Source of the DNA: a virus
Taxonomy: Duplodnaviria > Caudoviricetes
Length of the DNA stretch: 36,975 bases
Direction: 5' to 3' (one strand)
Virus record (IMG/VR): IMGVR_UViG_3300017780_004945
Span: 1 to 36,975 of that record
Under the pieces are notes generated by a model. It was not told the DNA's origin and did not search any database. It saw nothing but the letters and a program-made list of their open reading frames with translations. A program made the position numbers and the translations under genes. Positions 27,047 to 34,146 of the stretch are shown in pieces. The stretch's first letter is position 1. The number at the start of each line of letters is the position of its first letter.

Positions 27047-27768
27047 GCGAAATTGAAAACCAAGAAATGATGATGTCCCCAACTCTAGGAGAACTTGCAA
27101 AAGCTCTCTCTAAAGCGCAGGCCGCTATGAATCCGGCTCTTAAAGACACAACAAATCCATTCTTTAAATCTAAATATGCAGACCTTGCTTCAATATGGCA
27201 AGCGGCACAAAAGCCTCTCACAGATCAAGGTTTGTGCGTTGTGCAGCAGATTGGAAACGATGGAGAAAATATAACGATGACGACGATGCTGCTTCATTCG
27301 TCGGGTGAGTGGATCCGGAGTATTGTGAAAGCGATGCCCGGAAAGAAAGATCCTCAAAGTTTAGGATCAACAGCAACGTATCTTCGCCGCTATGGCCTCA
27401 GCGCTTTGGTAGGGATATCCACGGAAGATGATGACGGTAACGCTGGTTCTCGCGCAGACGAATACAGCTCGAAGATATTTCCAACACCAAAAACGCAAGG
27501 AGAGCCCACAAGGTTTCAAAAGGAATTAAGCGCAATTCATCGAGATGAAGAAACGAGATCTCTTCTTACGTCTGTAGCTGATACAATCCTCGGGAAGTTC
27601 TCGCCCTTTTATAACAACAAAGACGCGGCAGCTTCTTATGTTAAAGAAAAAACAGGGAAGATGCTTCGAGAATTAAACGCAGTAGAATTGGAGCAATTGC
27701 AGGTTGATTTTCTAAAAGAGTATTTCCCTCCTAGTAATGTGGTGGAAGAACAGAAGGAGATGTTTTAA
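27043..27768 (+). CDS. erf: ERF-family single-strand annealing protein
   Basis: NPFFKSKYADLASI, TMLLHSSGEWI and PQSLGSTATYLRRYGLSALVGISTEDDDGN. Confidence 0.92.
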   Translation: MSEIENQEMMMSPTLGELAKALSKAQAAMNPALKDTTNPFFKSKYADLASIWQAAQKPLTDQGLCVVQQIGNDGENITMTTMLLHSSGEWIRSIVKAMPGKKDPQSLGSTATYLRRYGLSALVGISTEDDDGNAGSRADEYSSKIFPTPKTQGEPTRFQKELSAIHRDEETRSLLTSVADTILGKFSPFYNNKDAAASYVKEKTGKMLRELNAVELEQLQVDFLKEYFPPSNVVEEQKEMF

Positions 27769-27929
27769 TGACTAAATTAGAATTAATTGAAAAACTAAAG
27801 CAAATTGAAATAAAATATGGTGACGATTGGGAAGTCGTTCATGGACGTCAAGATGATGCTCTGTTGGAATATATCGACGACGAAGAAGTAAAAGAGATTT
27901 TTTACCGTACTGCGAAATGGTGTGCGTAA
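27768..27929 (+). CDS. Hypothetical protein (53 aa)
   Basis: Hand-translated as MTKLELIEKLKQ...HGRQDDALLEYIDDEEVKEIFYRTAKWCA; AAGGAG RBS and TAATG overlaps at both ends. Confidence 0.6.
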   Translation: MTKLELIEKLKQIEIKYGDDWEVVHGRQDDALLEYIDDEEVKEIFYRTAKWCA

Positions 27930-28168
27930 TGAAAACTGATCCAAATGATCTTGTGAGCGCTGTTCAAGAAACGTCCTATCATTATGACAAGAACGGGGAA
28001 CGCGAGACAATGCATTCTGTAGACGGTGGGTTAACTAAGCGCGAATATTTTGCTGCGATGGCGATGCAGGGGCATGTTGCTAGTCCTAATATTGATACTA
28101 CCATTTTGATTATAGTCAATAATGCAGTGGCCTTGGCCGACGCTTTGATAGCGGAGCTAAACAAATGA
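27929..28168 (+). CDS. Conserved small phage protein
   Basis: The GLTKREYFAAMAMQG...AVALADALIAEL motif is common in phage early regions. Confidence 0.7.
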   Translation: MKTDPNDLVSAVQETSYHYDKNGERETMHSVDGGLTKREYFAAMAMQGHVASPNIDTTILIIVNNAVALADALIAELNK

Positions 28169-28308
28169 ATAAACGAGACCTCTTCGTCGCAGCGTTAGTA
28201 TGTGTGTGGCTCGCGCTGGTTGTTATCTTTATTTCAAGGCCTCGAGAGAGTAAAATCATTCGGGTGGATATTGGACCGGTGGAAATTGTCAGGGATGGGC
28301 AGAAATGA
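28165..28308 (+). CDS. 47-aa membrane microprotein
   Basis: Hand-translated as MNKRDLFVAALVCVWLALVVIFISRPR...; ATGA coupling on both sides. Confidence 0.55.
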   Translation: MNKRDLFVAALVCVWLALVVIFISRPRESKIIRVDIGPVEIVRDGQK

Positions 28309-28562
28309 GACAAACCTCACTAGAAGCTAAAGAATCGATTAGGCCTATGGTCAATCGGTTGGCGGCAATTGTTCTTGAGATTATAGAATCTTCTAGAACA
28401 TTGGGAAAAACCTGCGATGAGATTGAAGAAGTTTCAAAACTAAAGCATCAAACTGTAAGCGCAAGAGTGAGAGAACTTTTTCAGAAAGGGTTGATTGAAG
28501 ATAGTGGCGGGCGAAGGGCGACACGTTCAGGGCGTAGGGCAATTGTGTGGGTGGTTAAATGA
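28305..28562 (+). CDS. Winged-helix DNA-binding protein
   Basis: KTCDEIE...HQTVSARVRELFQKGLIEDSG.RR.TRSGR.AIVW pattern. Confidence 0.75.
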   Translation: MRQTSLEAKESIRPMVNRLAAIVLEIIESSRTLGKTCDEIEEVSKLKHQTVSARVRELFQKGLIEDSGGRRATRSGRRAIVWVVK

Positions 28563-28693
28563 CCGACGATGAAAAGGATTTTGCATTGTTAATTACTGCC
28601 ACAATAATAGGCAGTTTAATCATCGGAGCTGCAAGTATAGCTTTCTACACTTTTATTTCAGCCAAAGTTTTAACATGGATGGGTGTTTTATGA
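28559..28693 (+). CDS. 44-aa membrane microprotein
   Basis: Hand-translated as MTDDEKDFALLITATIIGSLIIGAASIAFYTFISAKVLTWMGVL; ATGA coupling on both sides. Confidence 0.55.
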   Translation: MTDDEKDFALLITATIIGSLIIGAASIAFYTFISAKVLTWMGVL

Positions 28694-28917
28694 CCGACGA
28701 GATTTTGAAGAAGATAGACGAAAGGATAAAGAATCAACAAAAAGTTATTGAAGCCTATGGCATTCAAGGAGTTGACAACATCTCAGAGTTAAAAGCCCTT
28801 CGTGTGGCGGTTGCTAGAATCCAAGAATGTTGCTCATTAAATTATTTGGACCCTGAAAAAGATTCTACTTTAAACGAAATCGCCGCAATCCTAGGCGTGA
28901 AAGAAGGAGAGAAATGA
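28690..28917 (+). CDS. Hypothetical protein, paralogue A
   Basis: Ends in IAAILGVKEGEK; similar along its length to the next ORF. Confidence 0.6.
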   Translation: MTDEILKKIDERIKNQQKVIEAYGIQGVDNISELKALRVAVARIQECCSLNYLDPEKDSTLNEIAAILGVKEGEK

Positions 28918-29180
28918 TTATCGATGATATTTCTGAAGCTATTGTGAAAGAAGCCGATAGACAATCGGAAATTGTAAGGGTGTATGGGGTTAAAAAAATG
29001 GATACAATTAATTCCCTTGAAGCTCTTCATGCGGCGTCTTTTGCTCTATTTGAATTAAGTTCGGTAGCTGAAAATGTTCCATGTGACGCTAAAATTCCCG
29101 TGGCGTATATTTATAAAGAGGCGCACAAAGCTTTATGTAGAATCGCCACAATCCTAGGCGTGAAAGAGGGGGAGAAGTGA
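28878..29180 (+). repeat. 40-bp direct repeat pair (28878-28917 and 29141-29180), 36/40 identical
   Basis: aatcgccRcaatcctaggcgtgaaagaRggRgagaaRtga. Confidence 0.9.
28914..29180 (+). CDS. Hypothetical protein, paralogue B
   Basis: Ends in IATILGVKEGEK. Confidence 0.6.
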   Translation: MIIDDISEAIVKEADRQSEIVRVYGVKKMDTINSLEALHAASFALFELSSVAENVPCDAKIPVAYIYKEAHKALCRIATILGVKEGEK

Positions 29181-29353
29181 CAAACCCTAAAGACACTAAC
29201 ATAATAAAAATTATAGACGACTACGAAAACACTATTGCAAGAGCTGTAAAAGAATTTCGTAAATGGCCTAGATGGAAAGTAGAAAACACTGCAACAGCAT
29301 TCAGTGGGCGTGAGAATGATGATTTGATAAGGCTATGGGAGAAATTACAATGA
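29177..29353 (+). CDS. Hypothetical protein (58 aa)
   Basis: GTG start inside the repeat; MTNPKDTNIIKIIDDY...LIRLWEKLQ; ATGA overlap with the MazG-like gene. Confidence 0.5.
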   Translation: MTNPKDTNIIKIIDDYENTIARAVKEFRKWPRWKVENTATAFSGRENDDLIRLWEKLQ

Positions 29354-29679
29354 AAATGGATGAATATCAGAAGAAAGCATTCGAGTTTAACAACGTATCC
29401 GAGGAGGCATCTCTCTTTCACTCTTTAACAGGCCTTGTTGAAGAAGTGGGTGAACTCGCAGGCAAGTTTAAGCGCCTCTCAAGGGGGGACTTTGAAAACA
29501 TCAGCGATACAGACTTCAACGTCGAGATAAGAAAAGAGATTGGCGATGTGCTTTGGTACGTGGCAGACTTTTGCACAACTCATGGCTTCTCACTTGAAGA
29601 GGTCGCCAAGAATAACCTAGAGAAGCTTACAGATCGTAAAACGCGCGGGGTGATTAAGGGAAAAGGGGATAAGAGATGA
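29350..29679 (+). CDS. mazG: MazG-like nucleotide pyrophosphohydrolase
   Basis: GLVEEVGELAGK...KEIGDVLWYVA...NLEKL.DRK.RGVIKG.GD.R (EExxE/ExxD motif). Confidence 0.88.
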   Translation: MKMDEYQKKAFEFNNVSEEASLFHSLTGLVEEVGELAGKFKRLSRGDFENISDTDFNVEIRKEIGDVLWYVADFCTTHGFSLEEVAKNNLEKLTDRKTRGVIKGKGDKR

Positions 29680-29954
29680 GATGCCCTACAAGGTCCGATA
29701 AAGATCCTCAAGAAATGCGTGAGAGAAACTATCGAATTTTATACTTAGCGTGTCGAGGGTGTACTTTAGCAGAGATTTCTAGTGTTGTGAAAGTCTCAAA
29801 AAGGAGTGTAGCTGTTACCATAAACAGGCTTCGCATAGCTAACCCAGATTTGCAGCCATTTTTAAGAGAGTATCGCGCACACCCTTCTAAACCGATAAAT
29901 TGGGTAAATCGTGAAACGTTTTATTTTAAGGAGTTTACTTATGAAGGCAATTAG
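29676..29954 (+). CDS. HTH DNA-binding protein
   Basis: RN..I..L...GCTLAEISSVVKVSKRSVAVTINRL, a sigma-region-4/LuxR-like helix-turn-helix. Confidence 0.65.
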   Translation: MRCPTRSDKDPQEMRERNYRILYLACRGCTLAEISSVVKVSKRSVAVTINRLRIANPDLQPFLREYRAHPSKPINWVNRETFYFKEFTYEGN

Positions 29955-30114
29955 ACGACAAGTATTTATAGAATTTCTTGAAGAGAAAATTGCGGAATCT
30001 AAAGAAGGAAGAGATAGAGCTATTGAAGCAAATGTAGGAAACTCAGCGGCTTGTTATGTTGCCGCTATGATTGCTTTTCAAGAAGTTTTGAATTTTATTA
30101 ATGAGAATGGGTGA
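29941..30114 (+). CDS. Hypothetical protein
   Basis: AAGGAG RBS before ATG 29941. Confidence 0.55.
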   Translation: MKAIRRQVFIEFLEEKIAESKEGRDRAIEANVGNSAACYVAAMIAFQEVLNFINENG

Positions 30115-30416
30115 TGTTTATGAAAAAGTGCACAATGTGCGGCAAAGAAATCATGGATGAAATTGAAAAAATTAAAGAGGATATGAAGGGAACGCCCTAT
30201 GTATTAAATTTGTCACACCTTGTTGAGGATGTTAACCAGATCGTTAAAAAATACGATCTGGTTCGACGCACAGGCTTAGGTGAGAATGAGTTAACAAGGC
30301 ACCTTACAAAGATGCTCGACGACTTCCAGCAGACTCTGTATTGGCATAGATGTTTTAAAGTGAGACGCGCGGAAGGTAATAATGAAGATAGTATTGTCTT
30401 TGCCACCCCTTCTTAA
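30111..30416 (+). CDS. Hypothetical protein with a split Cys/His motif
   Basis: KCTMCGKEI...WHRCF, a possible zinc-binding site. Confidence 0.55.
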   Translation: MMFMKKCTMCGKEIMDEIEKIKEDMKGTPYVLNLSHLVEDVNQIVKKYDLVRRTGLGENELTRHLTKMLDDFQQTLYWHRCFKVRRAEGNNEDSIVFATPS

Positions 30417-30738
30417 CCGACTGTATAGAATCTCAGGCGGTAGGTTCTACAAGAACCAGGAAGCCATTCGCTACAAGAACGAATGCGCCTACACCATCCG
30501 AAAGATTCTTAAGCAGCCTACAGATGACTTGCTAGAACTAAATATCAAATGGTATCGAAAAGCTCTTAGGGGAGATATTGATGCAATCTTAAAGTGTTTC
30601 CTAGACGCCCTTGAGGGGATTTTGTGGGAAAATGATTCTCAGATCATGAAGATCACCATCGAAAAGCTACATGACAAAAACAACCCTCGAATTGAACTTG
30701 AATGTATTAAATTTAAAAAACTAGACGCTGATGAATAA
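30382..30738 (+). CDS. rusA: RusA-like Holliday junction resolvase
   Basis: LPPLLNRLYR...GDIDAILKCFLDALEGILWENDSQI...NPRIE. Confidence 0.85.
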   Translation: MKIVLSLPPLLNRLYRISGGRFYKNQEAIRYKNECAYTIRKILKQPTDDLLELNIKWYRKALRGDIDAILKCFLDALEGILWENDSQIMKITIEKLHDKNNPRIELECIKFKKLDADE

Positions 30739-30756
30739 TGACGTTACGTTTGAGAG

Positions 30757-30945
30757 GTGTTAGATATGGAAGATGTAAAACCTAGAAAGACGATTTATTC
30801 GTTTTATATCACGGATGAAATGCGTTCGCAGCTAAAGCAGCAAGCGAAAAAGCGGATGAGTTCGCAGTCTGACATCGTACGCTCCGCTATTGCTAAAGAG
30901 TTAAACGGAAACGCTTCAACCATGAAAATCATTAAAAAGAGGTAA
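30757..30945 (+). CDS. Ribbon-helix-helix (CopG/Arc-like) regulator
   Basis: IYSFYITDEMRSQLKQQAKKRMSSQSDIVRSAI. Confidence 0.75.
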   Translation: MLDMEDVKPRKTIYSFYITDEMRSQLKQQAKKRMSSQSDIVRSAIAKELNGNASTMKIIKKR

Positions 30946-30947
30946 AT

Positions 30948-31169
30948 ATGAATGTAGTCAAGTTTCAAGTCGAAGATGGTGTTTATGAGAAGTTGCTACA
31001 GACTTCGGGTGAAATGGGCGTACCCGTTGCCTGCGTTGTTAGGGACTGTGTAGACCTTTATTATGCAAACAAGGAACTTTTAGTCGCTAAAGATGCTGGT
31101 GAAGTAGTAGCCGCCGTGGAAGAAAAGGCCGTTGAAGCAGTTAAACCAAAGAGAGGTAAAAAGAAATGA
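30948..31169 (+). CDS. Second RHH-like protein
   Basis: VVKFQVEDGVYEKLLQTSGEMGVPVACVVRDCVDLY plus a basic tail. Confidence 0.55.
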   Translation: MNVVKFQVEDGVYEKLLQTSGEMGVPVACVVRDCVDLYYANKELLVAKDAGEVVAAVEEKAVEAVKPKRGKKK

Positions 31170-31390
31170 TAGCGATTGAAGAAAAAGAAAAAATGGTTAA
31201 AGGTTTGGTCATGGTGCATGACACCTTACTTAAAGGTTCTTTCCCTGGAGCCTTATCCTATCAGTGTGGGAACGCTATCCAGTTTATTCAATCCTGGCAC
31301 GCCGCCTCTCTCAAAGACCTAGAGGCTGATCCTGCTTACCAAGAGAAAAAAGGCAAAGAAGGAAGTAATGGCCAAGAATCAACCAATTAA
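31166..31390 (+). CDS. Hypothetical protein
   Basis: 74 aa; GAGG RBS and ATGA coupling. Confidence 0.55.
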   Translation: MIAIEEKEKMVKGLVMVHDTLLKGSFPGALSYQCGNAIQFIQSWHAASLKDLEADPAYQEKKGKEGSNGQESTN

Positions 31391-31607
31391 GGAAAAGCCA
31401 GAGCCCATAGTCACTGAACTTGATCCCGTGACGGTTTCCATAGGCATTCAGCGCGTTAATAGTGAAGGTCTCTCTCAATGGCAATGTTTTGTCCTTCGAA
31501 CCCAAAACGAGAAAGTCATTGAAAAAGAAGTTTATCCAGCTGATTGCAAGCAGTCTTGCGTGGACTATATGATTAACGAACTCTTAGAGAAATTTGTGAT
31601 GCTATGA
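31368..31607 (+). CDS. Hypothetical protein
   Basis: 79 aa; resembles the C-terminal domain of the next ORF. Confidence 0.55.
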   Translation: MAKNQPIKEKPEPIVTELDPVTVSIGIQRVNSEGLSQWQCFVLRTQNEKVIEKEVYPADCKQSCVDYMINELLEKFVML

Positions 31608-32068
31608 TGAAAACGATTAAAAAATACTTTAAAACAAACGAAGCTTTAAAACAGCAAATTGACCAAATGGCTCAAGAGAACGTCGATTTTCTCAATAAAC
31701 TCAAGGAAATCAACGAAGAGAAGGACATGATTAAGAAGCTCGCTCGCACTCAAGAGCAAGAGGTTCAAGATAACCTCAGAAGAGCTTTCGAATCCGAGGA
31801 AAAGTTTAAAGAAATTCAGGCACAACTTAAGCTCTATAAACAAGGGCTTGAGGTACACGAGGGAGAAATCAAAGCATTGTCGGTTGTACGCGTTAAACAT
31901 GGAGAAGATGGCGAAACTTGGGCACCTATTGTTTTTACCCTTAATGAAAAGGGGACAAAGGTGCTCAAGCGTGAAGCTAAGCCCGATACGCACTTGAAGT
32001 ATGCGATTGAAAATGCGAAGATATCATTTATACAGATGTTTGACCCCGAGATGGAGGCTTTGAATTGA
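31604..32068 (+). CDS. Coiled-coil hypothetical protein
   Basis: 154 aa; N-terminal coiled coil plus a small alpha/beta domain. Confidence 0.6.
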   Translation: MMKTIKKYFKTNEALKQQIDQMAQENVDFLNKLKEINEEKDMIKKLARTQEQEVQDNLRRAFESEEKFKEIQAQLKLYKQGLEVHEGEIKALSVVRVKHGEDGETWAPIVFTLNEKGTKVLKREAKPDTHLKYAIENAKISFIQMFDPEMEALN

Positions 32069-32313
32069 CATGGATTTGGAAGAATTTAACGGTTCTCCTC
32101 TTGATTTGTGTTATCGCAAGGCAGCTATTGATCGAGAACGGCTACGCTCTCGCTATAACTACGATGTGTTTACTGGCTTCATTGACTTGGGAAAAATTCT
32201 TAGATTTGAAACAACAGAACAAAACAAACGAGGTAGAGACCGAGCTACAAAGTCTTAAAGCACGACTTTCGAAGCTTGAGCTATCTCAGAACTTTTTGAA
32301 GAAAAATGGCTAA
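32065..32313 (+). CDS. Small membrane protein
   Basis: GGAGG RBS, TTG start, two hydrophobic segments and a coiled coil. Confidence 0.55.
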   Translation: MTWIWKNLTVLLLICVIARQLLIENGYALAITTMCLLASLTWEKFLDLKQQNKTNEVETELQSLKARLSKLELSQNFLKKNG

Positions 32314-32776
32314 AGGACAAAAACCCGCACCGATTGCTTCCAAAATAGAGATCGCAAAACGGGTAGACCAGTGCCTAGATTGGCTCAGAAAAGGTTATAC
32401 GCGTCAAAGAGCGGTTCAAGAGGGTTCAACGCAGTGGGGTATAACGATACGTCAAGTTGATGATTATTGGGCAGCGGCCTTGGCTGAACTGAGTAAAGTT
32501 TACGAAAAAAACAGGCTAAAAATGTTAGCTGAAATCGATTCTAGACTTGATTACATTTACAACGAAGCGATCACAGAACAAGTCATTTCTTGTAAGTCAA
32601 ATGGCGAGCCTGTTTATGGCGTTGAATTGGGTATTGCTCGTCAAGCTGCAATGGACAAAGCCAAGCTGGCAGGTCTATTGAAAGATCAGGTTGAAATCAT
32701 GGGAAACCTTAAAACAGGTTTAGAAGATTTGTCTAACGAGGAATTGAATGCAGCGTGGGACGAAGAGAACAATTAA
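32306..32776 (+). CDS. Terminase small subunit (probable)
   Basis: N-terminal HTH (WGITIRQVDDY), a KAKLAGL motif and an LEDLSNEEL tail; directly before the large subunit. Confidence 0.7.
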   Translation: MAKGQKPAPIASKIEIAKRVDQCLDWLRKGYTRQRAVQEGSTQWGITIRQVDDYWAAALAELSKVYEKNRLKMLAEIDSRLDYIYNEAITEQVISCKSNGEPVYGVELGIARQAAMDKAKLAGLLKDQVEIMGNLKTGLEDLSNEELNAAWDEENN

Positions 32777-34146
32777 TAGCTGAATTTTGGCGTCGTGGAG
32801 ATCTTCAGTACAAGCTTTGGAATAATGTACAGCGAAAAATCAAACTAAAACTTCAGGATTGCTTAGACCGAAAAACGGGTATGTTGTTCGTCAATGCGGC
32901 TCGTGGGACCGGAAAGACGACCCTTGCTTGCAACACCTCCCTTGAGGTCATTCGAAGCCTTACCATTAAAAAGCCTCAAGTGTTCTTTGCTACCGCTTTT
33001 GCTGAAGATTTACGCTCGATCATCACGCCCACCTTTGAACGCCTCATGGAAGACAAGCCGCCTCAGATTAAGATTACGCATGTTCCTTCTAAGAAAATGT
33101 ACTTAGACCACGGTACGGGGGGACTCATGCACTACCGTGGACTAGACCTGAAACGAAACAGCCTCCGAGGAAACTACGCTGACTTTGTGGTTTTAGAGGA
33201 GTGTCAGAACATCAAGTCTCTTGGCTACCAGTGGAACTACGTAATCAAGCAGCTCTTTCGGCACCGACCAAACCCTTTGTGTATGTTCATAGGAACGCCT
33301 CCTGAGACGCCTGACCACGATTGGGTGGAGCTAATGGAGCTGGCCAGGCTTAGCGACTCCTACATTGAGCTAACCATCGATGAGCACGACATGCTTAGTG
33401 AAGAGGAAAAGGCTTTCCTCATGAAAGACATTCGGCCAGACGCGATTCAGCGTGAATTCTATTGCAAGCTGGTGGTCGATTCAACAAGAGCCATCGTACC
33501 CGAGTGGCGTGATGAGTTTGTACAGGAAATTGAGCACGACCGCTTTCGACCCTTTTATCATAACTACAACGCGTTAGATATGGGCGTTAAACGAGACTAC
33601 ACCGCTGGACTGATTGGTTACTACGACTTTCTCCGCGCTGCCATTGTGATTGAGCACGAATACGAAATCATGGGACCTGAGATGACGACCAAACTTCTGG
33701 CAAAGCTCATCAAGGACAAAGAGAAAGAAGCGGTTCCTGATTGGCGTTTTCATAAACGCGTCGCAGATAACAACTGGCCTCTTATGGTTCAGGATCTTAA
33801 CATTGATTACGACTTGCCTTTTATCTCAACCGACAAAGCGGCTCTTCGAACGATGGTCAACAAGGTTAGAATTTGGGCAGATGCGGGTAGGATTCTCATT
33901 CATCCAAGATGTAAGAAACTTCTAGGCTGCTTGCGCACAGGCATCTGGAATGAGCAGCGCAATGAATTTGGTACATCCTTCGTATATGGGCACTACGATT
34001 GGCTTGCAGCGCTGGTATACCTTGTTAGAAACATCGACGAAGGCATCAACCCGATCCCGCCGTACTTCGGTATCAACCTCGCTTCACCAAACACTGTCAT
34101 CATACCTGGACACAAAAAAGGAATTGTGAAACGCTTCGGGGAGTGA
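32755..34146 (+). CDS. terL: Terminase large subunit
   Basis: Walker A ARGTGKTT, LRG motif, Walker B FVVLEE, motif C FIGTP, QREFYC and nuclease ALDMG...D. Confidence 0.92.
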   Translation: MGRREQLIAEFWRRGDLQYKLWNNVQRKIKLKLQDCLDRKTGMLFVNAARGTGKTTLACNTSLEVIRSLTIKKPQVFFATAFAEDLRSIITPTFERLMEDKPPQIKITHVPSKKMYLDHGTGGLMHYRGLDLKRNSLRGNYADFVVLEECQNIKSLGYQWNYVIKQLFRHRPNPLCMFIGTPPETPDHDWVELMELARLSDSYIELTIDEHDMLSEEEKAFLMKDIRPDAIQREFYCKLVVDSTRAIVPEWRDEFVQEIEHDRFRPFYHNYNALDMGVKRDYTAGLIGYYDFLRAAIVIEHEYEIMGPEMTTKLLAKLIKDKEKEAVPDWRFHKRVADNNWPLMVQDLNIDYDLPFISTDKAALRTMVNKVRIWADAGRILIHPRCKKLLGCLRTGIWNEQRNEFGTSFVYGHYDWLAALVYLVRNIDEGINPIPPYFGINLASPNTVIIPGHKKGIVKRFGE

